Shown: positions 1-8,529 of the stretch, in pieces
Numbering within the stretch: position 1 is the first letter of the stretch
How the letters are laid out: the number at the start of each line of letters is the position of its first letter
DNA from: Terriglobia bacterium
Lineage (GTDB): Bacteria > Acidobacteriota > Terriglobia > Bryobacterales > UBA6623
Reading direction: 5' to 3'
Assembly (NCBI GenBank): GCA_963824095.1
Contig: CAWGNS010000007.1
Span: 577,756 to 641,755 of the forward strand
Length of the DNA: 64,000 nucleotides
Notes under the pieces: generated by a model
Told to the model about the DNA's origin: nothing
What the model saw: the letters and a program-made list of their open reading frames with translations, nothing else
Database searches by the model: none
Made by a program: the position numbers and the translations under genes

Positions 1-2128
1 TGGGGTTGGTCGTCGTCTGGAAATCTTTCAGGTGGCACGATGCGCAATCTGTCGCTAGCCCGCTGTACTTGCCGCCGACATGGCACTGCGTGCAGTCCAC
101 CCGAGCGTGAGCACCCGTCAGCGCAAATTGCGTCAACCCATGGTCGAACTTCGCCCCCTGCCATTGCGCCGTGCCGTGACAGAGCGTGCAGTCCTGAGGA
201 AAGCTCGCCGTGACATGGTTCGGGTTGGTCGTTCTACGGAAGTCCTCCAGATGGCACGAAGCGCAGTCGACGGCGAGACCGCTGTATTTCCCGCCTACGT
301 GACACTGCGCGCAGTCCACGCGGGAGTGCGCCCCGGTGAGAGGAAACCGGGTCTGCGTGTGATCGAACTTTGCCCCTTGCCACTGCGCTGTCGTGTGACA
401 GAGAGTGCAATTTTGGGAAAAGCCGCTTGCGACGTGATTGGGGTTGTCCGTTCTCTGAAAGTCGTTCAGGTGGCAGCCGACGCACTCCTTGGGGGTCGAG
501 CTGAATTGTCCACCGGCATGGCACTGGACGCAGAGTACCGTGGCGTGGCCCCCAGTCAGGTCGAACCCTGTTTGGCTGTGGTCGAACTTCGCCCCCTGCC
601 ACTGCGCCGTGGAATGGCAGAGCGTGCAGTCCTGTGAAAAACCGCTCTTGACGTGGTTCGGATTGTCCGCCTTCTGGAAATCGCTCAGATGGCAGCCGAC
701 ACATTGCTGGGGCGCGGAGCGGAATGGACCGCCGGTATGGCACTCGGAGCACTGCACCTTCGCGTGGCTACCGGTTAGCTCAAATCCGGTCTGGCTGTGG
801 TCGAACTTCGCGCCGGTCCACTGTTGGGTCGTGTGGCATTGGATGCAATCTTTGACAAAACCGGCCTCGACGTGATTCGGATTGCTGGTGGCATCGAAAT
901 CCTTTTCGTGGCACGAGACACAGTCGGCCGGGATTCCGCTGAATTGCCCGCCGTTGTGGCATTGCGAGCATTCGACGCTGGCATGGGCCCCCGTCAACGA
1001 AAAACGCGTCAGGTTGTGGTCAAACTTCGCCCCGGTCCACGCCGTGGTCGTATGGCAGTTTTCGCATTGCAGCGGAAAGTTCCCCTTGCGGTGGTCCGGA
1101 TTCGTCGTGCGCTCGAAGTCCGCCGTATGGCAGCCGGCGCATTCCTGGGGCGTCGACGCAAACCTCCCGCCCGAATGGCAAGAGCTACACTCGACCTTCG
1201 CATGCGCGCCAACGAGGGGGAAATTCGTCCGCGTGCTGTGGTCAAACGCTGCGCCCTCCCAGTTCAACAGGCTGTGGCAGGTCGAGCAGTCATGGGGGAA
1301 GCCAGCCTCGGCGTGATTGGGATTGGTGGTCGAATGGAACTCCTTGGCATGGCAGCCAAAACAGTCCGTCGAGACCCCCTGGAACTGGCCGCCGACATGG
1401 CAGGCATTGCACTCCACTTGAGCGTGTGCCCCTTGTAGGGCAAAGCGCGTGAAGCGCGCGTGGTCGAACCGCGCGTTCTGCCACTGGTCCATCCCGTGGC
1501 ACTGCTCGCAGGTAGTCGGAAAGCCCGCCGCCACGTGGTTCACGCTACGGGTCGACTGGTAATCCTTCAGATGGCAGCCCACGCAGTCGGTGCTGAGGCC
1601 GGTAAAGACCCCTGTGGCCGCCCCACTATGGCAAGCTTCACATTCGACGGCGGCGTGGGCTCCCATTAACGGGAAACGATTCTGGTGCTGGCGAAGGCTC
1701 TGCTGAGCGGACTCCCAACCCCGCACGGTATGGCAATCCTCGCAACGCGCCCCGAACTGCTGGCGATGCACGTCCGCATGGCAGTCGGCGCAATTCGACC
1801 CGACGTTGCTGAAAACCATCTGCCGGTGGCAGCGGCTGCAGGCGACCCCTTGGTGCAATCCTCGCAGCGGGAACCGGGTTTCCGTGTTGTGGTTGAATTC
1901 CGGAGCCGCCCGGATGGGCGACCAACTCGTTGTCGTATGGCAGTTCTGGCAAGGCATGGCGAGCGGGCCGTGCGGATTACGCACAGATCCCCGCGATGAC
2001 TGCTGAGCCGCGAGGCCCGCGCCGCTCCATGCAAACAGTACTAGGAGAATCGCTATTCTGCGAACGAGACCGTACCCCGTCTCGACCCGCCTGACAGCAC
2101 TCTGTCGAGAATCACCGCTTACTTCCAA
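1..2128 (-). CDS. Giant multihaem c-type cytochrome built from tandem ~73-aa trihaem modules; 3' end lies beyond the window start
   Basis: Absent from the ORF track because no stop occurs before position 1. The minus-strand frame phased with codon 80-82 stays open. I count 27 in-frame CxxCH motifs, the first at 32-46 (CASCH) and the last at 1937-1951 (CQNCH). The N-terminus has a signal-like segment RRIAILLVLFAWSGAGLAAQQ. Start codon is uncertain (TTG 2128 or GTG 2158, no clear SD). Confidence 0.85.
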   Translation of the reverse strand, partial: MEVSGDSRQSAVRRVETGYGLVRRIAILLVLFAWSGAGLAAQQSSRGSVRNPHGPLAMPCQNCHTTTSWSPIRAAPEFNHNTETRFPLRGLHQGVACSRCHRQMVFSNVGSNCADCHADVHRQQFGARCEDCHTVRGWESAQQSLRQHQNRFPLMGAHAAVECEACHSGAATGVFTGLSTDCVGCHLKDYQSTRSVNHVAAGFPTTCEQCHGMDQWQNARFDHARFTRFALQGAHAQVECNACHVGGQFQGVSTDCFGCHAKEFHSTTNPNHAEAGFPHDCSTCHSLLNWEGAAFDHSTRTNFPLVGAHAKVECSSCHSGGRFASTPQECAGCHTADFERTTNPDHRKGNFPLQCENCHTTTAWTGAKFDHNLTRFSLTGAHASVECSQCHNGGQFSGIPADCVSCHEKDFDATSNPNHVEAGFVKDCIQCHTTQQWTGAKFDHSQTGFELTGSHAKVQCSECHTGGPFRSAPQQCVGCHLSDFQKADNPNHVKSGFSQDCTLCHSTAQWQGAKFDHSQTGFDLTGGHATVLCVQCHAGGQFSSTPKECVGCHLNDFQRTDNPNHVASGFSQNCTLCHTTAQWQGAKFDHTQTRFPLTGAHSRVDCAQCHVGGKYSGLAVDCASCHLEDFRRTTNPNHVTASFPQDCTLCHGTAQWQGAKFDHGLTQFALTGAHARVDCTQCHVGGKYSGLATDCASCHLKDFQTTTNP

Positions 2129-2545
2129 GTTGCGCCGTTCTAAGGACCTTCCGCGCACAACAGTGCGCGAAGCATGGCGGGATGTGCGGAACGGATCGTC
2201 CTCAAGGCATTCTTGGTTCCATTCCTGTTCATAACGCGGTGAACGTCGGCAGTGCCCACTCGCCGGTTGAGCATCGGCCGTGAGGTCGTATTCCGCGCGG
2301 CACCCGAATGCCACCCCGAAGGGAGGGCTCCTGGACACTACGGGAAGCAGTGTTGCCGGCGCAAATCAGCAGGATTGGTTGGTCTTTTGAGGATCGCGGT
2401 TCACCAAAGCCCGCCCAAGTTTGCGGCTGGCGCTCGCCCAGCCGAGGTAGGGCTTGCGGTGATACTACTTGTCGTGATCAAACGACACGACGAGAGGAGC
2501 GAAGGGCCGGGAAGCGTGCCGCAATGATACTGCTTGGTCGGGAAA

Positions 2546-4618
2546 TTATTTCGTACCCGGGAAATTTTTTCTAAGTCGTTCTTCGGAATGACACGCGGCG
2601 CATTCTCGCGGCGTTCCTCGATATGTCGTGACCCGACGCCCATTTGCGCGTACCGTCGCGAGATGACATCGACCACAAGCGACACGTTCGTGGGCTCCGG
2701 TGAGCGAAAAGGAGGAGTACCTTTCGTGATCGAACTTCGTTTGCTTCCACTCCACGGGTGTATGACATTCGCCGCAGTCGGCCGCCACTCCATTGCGGTC
2801 GAACTGGCCGGCGTGTACGTCCTCATGGCAACCGGAGCACGCCTCGGGAGCAGAGCTGAACATCACGTCCCGGATTCCGGCCTGCGGTCCTGCATTCCGG
2901 TGGCATTCAACGCACGCGACGCGTTGGTGCGCGCCCGCCAACGGGAAGGTTGTCTTCGCATGGTCGAATCCGGCCGTTTCTTTCCACGATCTCTCCGTGT
3001 GGCAGCCGGCGCAGCGGAGATCCGCGGCGACATTTCGCGACAGCGAGCTTGTAGCGCGGAACTGTTGCCCGTGAGGATCCTCATGACAAACAGGGCAAGA
3101 GAAATCGTCGAATCGGAACCGTCCGTGTACCTGCGAGGACGCCTTGCCTTGGTGACACTCCATGCAGGCGACCGCCCGGTGTCCCCCGGCCAGAGCAAAG
3201 CGAGTTTTTGTGTGATCGCCTGCGGAGAACGTGGACGGCTGAAACCCGTCAACGGTGTGGCAGTCCTCGCAGCGGTCAGAGTGCGGCTGGCCCGAGAACT
3301 GTCCCGCGTGCTCGTCCTTGTGGCATGCGTGGCATTGGTCATGGCCGATGCGATACTTCGTATCTCTGCCGGCTGGTACGTGGCACTGGTCGCAGCGGAC
3401 CTCGCGGTGCTTTCCCAACAGCGGATAAGCCGTTTCCTGATGACTGGCCATCGTGAACAACGCGGGTTTGAATCCCTTTTCGTCATGACAGGATGCGCAG
3501 TCGCCGCCGTCAGGGCGGTCCCGAAACTGACCTTTGTGGGGATCGGGAGTGTGGCAGTCCATGCAGCGTTCGTGAGCAACCGCGTCGCTGAACCGAGCAC
3601 TGAGATGACACTTGGAGCAAGCCACTTCGCTATGCTTGCCGGCCAGAGGAAAACGTGTCGCCGAGTGATCGAAACGGATCTGTCCTCCCGGTTGCCAATT
3701 CACCGTCGTGTGGCAACTCTCGCAGGATTGTCGGAACGCCCCCTGGTGGGGATCCCGATGGCACTCGGCGCAGGAATTTCGATCGTCCATCACATAGCGC
3801 GTGAACGGATCTGGCCCTTCGGTGCGCGCATGGCATTCTGCGCAGGTCACGGTCACGTGCCGGCCCGTGAGCGAGAAATGAGCACGGCTGTGATCAAATC
3901 GCGACGCCGGCTTCCAGGCGTTGGAGTCGTGACATCGCGCGCAATCCTCGCCGAGCTGGCCGCGGTGCTCGTCTTTATGGCAGGTGGTACAAGCCGTCGA
4001 GAGCCCAAGGAAGGTCCGGTTAGGGTCCCGAACCTTGATCGTCTGTAACTCCGCCGGCGAGACGTGAGCGGCGTTGTGGCACTTTTCACAGGCCAGGCCC
4101 GCGTGCTTGCCTTCGAGCCGGTAGCCCGCTTCCTCGTGCCGGAACGTCTGCCCCTCCGGCCAGTGAACGATGGCAAATTCTCGCCCGAAGTGCTCGGTGT
4201 GGCAAGCCGCGCAGTCGCGCCCCTCCTTGGATAGATCCGCGACGCGCGCATGATAGCCGTGTTTCGCGTCGATGCGCTGCTGGATCTCTTTGTGGCAGCT
4301 TGCGCACTGAAAGCGGCGCGTGCCAAGGCCAAACGAGTGGCAGTTGGTGCATTGGGTCGGCCCATCCAGCGATTCGTGCGCCGCCGACAAAGGGCCCGGG
4401 GAAATCTGGGCCACCGATGCGACAGACACGAATAGGCTGATGAAAACGAGAAGAATAGTGCGCTGGCCTGACCAGCGGGTAAGCCTCCGTGCACCTTCCT
4501 CTGACCGGATATGCGTTCCGGAGATGAGCCGTCGCGGGGAGTAGTCCTCTAGATGATGATCCAAGAGCTTGGCGGCCCTTTCCCGATAGACCGTCGCTGC
4601 TAGCACGCTGAGGGCCAA
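2546..4618 (-). CDS. Multihaem c-type cytochrome, 23 CxxCH sites
   Basis: The ORF-track protein (690 aa) contains 23 CxxCH motifs (CTNCH, CASCH, CAACH ... CAACH). It has a hydrophobic N-terminal segment ILLVFISLFVSVASVAQ and a recurring FDH..T.F.L.G.H....C..CH pattern. The 5' end (TTG at 4618) is uncertain. Confidence 0.9.
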   Translation of the reverse strand: MALSVLAATVYRERAAKLLDHHLEDYSPRRLISGTHIRSEEGARRLTRWSGQRTILLVFISLFVSVASVAQISPGPLSAAHESLDGPTQCTNCHSFGLGTRRFQCASCHKEIQQRIDAKHGYHARVADLSKEGRDCAACHTEHFGREFAIVHWPEGQTFRHEEAGYRLEGKHAGLACEKCHNAAHVSPAELQTIKVRDPNRTFLGLSTACTTCHKDEHRGQLGEDCARCHDSNAWKPASRFDHSRAHFSLTGRHVTVTCAECHARTEGPDPFTRYVMDDRNSCAECHRDPHQGAFRQSCESCHTTVNWQPGGQIRFDHSATRFPLAGKHSEVACSKCHLSARFSDAVAHERCMDCHTPDPHKGQFRDRPDGGDCASCHDEKGFKPALFTMASHQETAYPLLGKHREVRCDQCHVPAGRDTKYRIGHDQCHACHKDEHAGQFSGQPHSDRCEDCHTVDGFQPSTFSAGDHTKTRFALAGGHRAVACMECHQGKASSQVHGRFRFDDFSCPVCHEDPHGQQFRATSSLSRNVAADLRCAGCHTERSWKETAGFDHAKTTFPLAGAHQRVACVECHRNAGPQAGIRDVMFSSAPEACSGCHEDVHAGQFDRNGVAADCGECHTPVEWKQTKFDHERYSSFSLTGAHERVACGRCHLATVRANGRRVTTYRGTPRECAACHSEERLRKNFPGTK

Positions 4619-4739
4619 AGCATTTGGCGGTGCGCAATACGAGCGGAGGGCCGTGCAATGAGGAAAGGTTGCGTGACGATCAACCTAACGATCACAGCCC
4701 CCGGAGTTCCGAACCGCAAACGAGATCTGGACGCCCTGG

Positions 4740-5021
4740 GCGTGGTAATCGATGATCCTACCCAAACAGACTCATACCAGACGTCGGACCGCGCTTGCTC
4801 TCAGTTGGTTGAACCAAGCGGAGATCGAGATCGACTTGTTCTCGCGGCAATGTTTGGGGAAGCGGCGCGTCGCCGACCTGGTGACGCTGCGCCGCGAAGC
4901 GGCTGCCTGGAACCGCCGGATCAACCACAAGCAGGTAATACTCGACTGGCGATTCGACCGCAAAACCGCACGCTGCAAGTTCGGTTACAAAAGACCACGT
5001 ATCACCCGGTCAAAGAAGTAG
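4740..5021 (+). pseudogene. IS630/DDE_3-type transposase, C-terminal fragment only
   Basis: ORF 4752..5021 reads ...SWLNQAEIEIDLFSRQCLGKRRVADLVTLRREAAAWNRRINHKQVILDWRFDRKTARCKFGY. I recognise this as the conserved tail of IS630-family transposases. No catalytic core lies upstream, and the residual upstream similarity shifts frame. Confidence 0.5.
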
Positions 5022-5034
5022 CCCGCTTCTCTCA

Positions 5035-5178
5035 CACAGAATCGGAGCGAGAGGCGGGAGAAGGCCGTGGATACGAGGCGCGCGCCGCTTGGCGCGCGGA
5101 GGCGTACTGGGCAGTACGTTGAGCACGGCAAGCAAGCGCAACGAAGTAGACCCGGCCTTATCCCGCCTCGATTCTGTG
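5035..5178. repeat. Extended imperfect palindrome with nested hairpins
   Basis: CACAGAATCGgagcGAGGCGGGAGAAGGCCG (5035-5067) pairs with CGGCCTTATCCCGCCTCGATTCTGTG (5150-5178). Inner hairpins are GCGCGCCgcttGGCGCGC and GTACtgggcaGTAC. Confidence 0.5.
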
Positions 5179-5239
5179 GGGGAGTCGAGGATGGACGTGG
5201 TGGCTCTAGATCGGAGGAATTGCGGTTGCCGGCGGCTTT

Positions 5240-5701
5240 CGCCGTGATGCCGGTGTCTCAGTTCCGATCATGACTCCGTTTCCCATCCCCGCTCATCAAA
5301 CCGGACGTGTGGATTTCCCGCATCCGGCTTTCCGACTGGCTTCACCGCAAAGCTTTCGGCGGAGGGCCAATGTGGACATGACGTAGGCGTAGAACGCTGA
5401 GTTCGCCATAGACCACTGCGTCTGAGAATCGACCGGTGCCTCGCGATTGCACCTGATGGCCTCGTCAGAAAGTCGCGCACGCGTTGATAGACGTGATTGT
5501 CGACCGCCCGATACGCGGGCACCCGGGTTCCCTGGCTGAAGTAACCCGAACACCCTCTCAGAATCTGATTCAGGCGGTCAGGATGTCCTCGCGGTAAATC
5601 TTGTCGTAGAGCAGGTAGAAGCGGTAGTCCGGCTCTGCTTTAGCTTTCCGATACAGCTTCCTCTGAAGCATCCGGATCTTGATTGGTGTTTCCAGGCTCA
5701 T
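5240..5701 (-). mobile_element. Group II intron remnant: 5'-truncated, RT ORF internally deleted and frameshifted
   Basis: A 44-codon ORF (5701->5570) reads [43 protein letters not shown], a typical group II RT N-terminus. It jumps directly to maturase-domain sequence [31 protein letters not shown] in another frame, so the RT palm/finger domains are missing. Domain V follows. The 3' boundary is approximate. Confidence 0.7.
5298..5331 (-). ncRNA. Group II intron domain V-like hairpin
   Basis: The minus strand reads AAAGCCGGATGCGGGAAATCCACACGTCCGGTTT. It has the AGC triad, complementary arms AGCCGGA/TCCGGTT and a central GNRA-like loop. It translates as the familiar KPDAGNPHVRF pseudo-peptide. 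Confidence 0.6.
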
Positions 5702-5831
5702 CGCAGGAAACGGCGGCTTTCCTCCTGCGGGCGGCGCCGCGTTTCGGTTTACGGCCTACAATGCGGGAAGAGCCGCCCGGCCATTACGCCACATCGCGCG
5801 GGCTGCCGCCAAAGACCCGGACGCCGATCTT

Positions 5832-6098
5832 ATGTGCCGAAACATCAGGACTCTGTTCAACTTCGATCCGCCCGCCAGCGACGAGGAGATTCGCGCGGCT
5901 TCGCTGCAGTTCGTCCGCAAGCTGAGCGGTTTCCAGAAGCCCTCGAAGGGCAACGCCGTGGTGTTTGAACGGGCCGTGGAGGATGTGTCGCGCATCGCCC
6001 GCGGTCTGATCGATTCGCTCGAGACGACGTCAACCCCGCGCAACCGCGAAATCGAGGCCGCCCGGGCCCGAGCGCGATCTGCCGAGCGCTTTCGCTAG
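5832..6098 (+). CDS. DUF2277-family small protein
   Basis: MCRNIRTLFNFDPPASDEEIRAASLQFVRKLSGFQKPSKGN... matches my memory of DUF2277 proteins. The track ORF start at 5679 is an upstream extension overlapping the intron remnant; ATG 5832 is preferred. Confidence 0.7.
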   Translation: MCRNIRTLFNFDPPASDEEIRAASLQFVRKLSGFQKPSKGNAVVFERAVEDVSRIARGLIDSLETTSTPRNREIEAARARARSAERFR

Positions 6099-6238
6099 TT
6101 TCGGGGAACACAGCGTCTGAGCAAGAAACCAGCAACGAAGCAACAAGCCAAACGGGCACGCGAGTTAACCGCCAACCACGCTGGGCTCGCACACAGATTT
6201 GCCCTGGCTGGCACAATAGAGAAACGGAGGTCGCTTCG

Positions 6239-6853
6239 ATGAGTCTCAAGATCAAACTCCTCATCTCGGCGCTGGCGGGCGTCGCTTTCGGGCTGGCAAT
6301 CGCCGGCGCGCACTGGTTCCAGAAAGCGGCCACCAGCCAGGGCGCCGAGTTGGGCGTTTTCGGAACCGTCCCCGGTTTCGATCTCATCGAACGCAGCGGC
6401 TCGAAGGTCAGCCTGGCGGACCTTAAGGGCAAGGTGTGGGTCGCCGATTTCGTATTCACCCACTGCGCCGGCCCATGCCCGCTGATTTCCTCCAAGATGG
6501 CGAAGCTGCAGAAGGCGGTGAGCGATCTCGACGGCGTGCGGTTGGTTTCCTTCACGGTCGATCCGGACCGCGACACGCCCGAGGTGCTCCGCGAGTACGC
6601 CCAACACTACCTCGCCGACCCGGAACGTTGGGTGTTTCTGACCGGCCCCAAACAGCCGCTCTATCATCTGATCGGCGACGGCTTTCACCTGGCCGTCGAA
6701 GAAGAGGGCAGCGACACGGGCGCAGTCACCCACAGCACGCGCCTGGTGCTGGTCGACCGGCAAGGCCGCATTCGGGGATACTACGACGGATCCGATCCGG
6801 GGACCATCGAAGCGCTGCTGCCCGACATCCGGGCGCTGCTGGCGGGCGCTTGA
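6239..6853 (+). CDS. SCO1/SenC-family copper chaperone (thioredoxin fold)
   Basis: N-terminal TM segment, CxxxC motif (FTHCAGPCP), and a conserved downstream His (THST). Confidence 0.85.
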   Translation: MSLKIKLLISALAGVAFGLAIAGAHWFQKAATSQGAELGVFGTVPGFDLIERSGSKVSLADLKGKVWVADFVFTHCAGPCPLISSKMAKLQKAVSDLDGVRLVSFTVDPDRDTPEVLREYAQHYLADPERWVFLTGPKQPLYHLIGDGFHLAVEEEGSDTGAVTHSTRLVLVDRQGRIRGYYDGSDPGTIEALLPDIRALLAGA

Positions 6854-6917
6854 GCAGCAGGAGCGTGGCGACGATCCGCAGCTCAGCCACGGCAGGCGGT
6901 GAAGCCTGCATCTCCCG

Positions 6918-7721
6918 CTAAAATCGCAGCGGCCCGGGTTCGCGCTCGCGAACGGCGGGCTCTCGCGGGGTGACCTCCACCGGCGGCCTCTCGCTCCACA
7001 TGGTGCGCGCGGCCGGGCGCAACCCCAGGCGGTAGCCGAGCACCAAGCCGATCATCCGCCATCCCAACCAGAACGCTTTCCAGTGGCTGCCGGTCACCGA
7101 GGATTCCCCGACCCGGCTGCGATAGTTCAGCGGGATCTCGACGAACGGAATGCGGTGGGCAACCACTTCCATCAGGATCTGCGGACCGAAATGCGAGCCG
7201 CCGATGGTGAGATGGCGGCGGATCAGATCGACCGCCTCGCGCCGCAGCAGCCGGTGCGTGCAGCCCATGTCGGTGAGGATCGTCGTGTTGAACAACAGCT
7301 CGGTCATCTTGGCGACGGCCCAGTTGCCCCAGCGCAGGAAGCGGCCCATATTGGCGCCGTCCCAGATGAACTCGGGGCTGGTGCGCGTGCCAAACACCAC
7401 CGGCTTGTCGTCGGAATAGGCGAGCAGCTTGAGGACGTCGTGGCCGCTGAAGGTGCCGTCGGGTTCGGAGAGAATCACCAGGTCGGCGGTGCATTCGTCG
7501 AGGCCGCGCCGCAGGGCGTGGCCGTAGCCCTGGAGGATTTCGTGGATCTCGCGGGCACGGCTGCCGCGCAGTTCCTCGGAGGTGCCCGGCGCGGCGTTGT
7601 TGTTGATGACGAGCACTTCGTCGACGTAGCCGCTCGAGAAGTAATCCTCAACGGCGGCCCGAATGGAGTCCTTCTCGTTGTAGGTCGGGAAGATGACCGC
7701 TACTGTTTGTCCGTGCCACAT
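6918..7721 (-). CDS. GT2 glycosyltransferase, polyprenol-phosphate sugar synthase-like (DPM1/GtrB/ArnC type)
   Basis: VAVIFPTYNEKDSI N-terminus, an acidic DxD-like SEPDG region, and a C-terminal hydrophobic tail. Confidence 0.8.
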   Translation of the reverse strand: MWHGQTVAVIFPTYNEKDSIRAAVEDYFSSGYVDEVLVINNNAAPGTSEELRGSRAREIHEILQGYGHALRRGLDECTADLVILSEPDGTFSGHDVLKLLAYSDDKPVVFGTRTSPEFIWDGANMGRFLRWGNWAVAKMTELLFNTTILTDMGCTHRLLRREAVDLIRRHLTIGGSHFGPQILMEVVAHRIPFVEIPLNYRSRVGESSVTGSHWKAFWLGWRMIGLVLGYRLGLRPAARTMWSERPPVEVTPREPAVREREPGPLRF

Positions 7722-7746
7722 TGACTTACAAATTCCCGCGAGCTCC

Positions 7747-8448
7747 TCAACTCCGCGGCGGTTCGGCGACCACCAGAAACTGTCCGGCGAGAGGGCGGAA
7801 CGGCAGCGCCAGATACAGACTCACCAGGGGCCCCCACGCCGGCAGTCTCGACTTCATGCTGAAGGGAAGGAAGCGGCCTTCGCCCCGCACGACCTTCCAG
7901 CCGAGCGAGTGGAGAAAATCCTGGAAGCCGCCATCGGTGAAAATCGTTTTGTGGGTGTAGTCGTCGAAGTACCGCCGTGGTTCGAGGCGGAAGTTGGGCT
8001 GGATCACAATCAGCCTGCCGCTGCCTTGCAGCACGCGGCGGACTTCGGCGAGGATCGATTCAACCTCCGGCATCGTGAAGTGCTCGAAGAAGTTGGAGGC
8101 GAATACGGTGCCGACGCTGGCCGATTCGAGAGGTAAAGGGCTCAAGCCCGACTGAATCAACGGCTGCACCGCGGGATCCCAGAACTCAACCATCTCGGCG
8201 TTGATGTCGAGCGCCCATTTTTGCGGCGCGCGCGCGAAGCGGCTGAACTCGCCGTAGCCGGCGCCCAATTCCAGCAGCGGCGCCTGGTCGTCGACGAACG
8301 GCTGCAGGTAGCTGCTGACAACTTTCCAGACTTTGGCGCGGCGGGCGTCATAGCGAAAGCGCACGCGATGGTAGGCGCGCGCCTTCTCCAACTGGGATGG
8401 GTTATTGGTGACGCTCAGGGACACTCCCACAACGGCTTCCCCCGGCAA
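7747..8448 (-). CDS. Class I SAM-dependent methyltransferase
   Basis: Motif I LLELGAGYGEF, plus a downstream acidic loop and a GGRLIV-like motif (GSGRLIVIQP). Confidence 0.75.
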   Translation of the reverse strand: MPGEAVVGVSLSVTNNPSQLEKARAYHRVRFRYDARRAKVWKVVSSYLQPFVDDQAPLLELGAGYGEFSRFARAPQKWALDINAEMVEFWDPAVQPLIQSGLSPLPLESASVGTVFASNFFEHFTMPEVESILAEVRRVLQGSGRLIVIQPNFRLEPRRYFDDYTHKTIFTDGGFQDFLHSLGWKVVRGEGRFLPFSMKSRLPAWGPLVSLYLALPFRPLAGQFLVVAEPPRS

Positions 8449-8529
8449 GCTACGACCAGTCTAGGTTTGCCCGCTAGGGGCGGCAATTAGGTATTACCCT
8501 TATTCGGCCCGCGAGGGATGGGAGGAATT

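Noticed and set aside
1-2000. Regular ~220-bp periodicity that could be mistaken for a CRISPR array or satellite
   Set aside because: The repeats are contiguous, with no unique spacers. They are in-frame coding modules of the cytochrome, each with three CxxCH sites. No CRISPR-like array was seen anywhere in the window.
2534-4048. Long plus-strand ORF (504 aa) and the many 60-200-aa ORFs on both strands across 80-2034
   Set aside because: They are antisense or off-frame shadows of the two multihaem cytochrome genes. Their sequences are Arg/Ala/Gly-rich with no motifs, whereas the minus-strand frames carry 23 and 27 in-frame CxxCH sites.
5679-5831. Upstream extension of the DUF2277 ORF (track start 5679)
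   Set aside because: The extension overlaps the group II intron RT start on the opposite strand and looks non-protein-like. Family members as I recall them begin at MCRNIR, which corresponds to ATG 5832.
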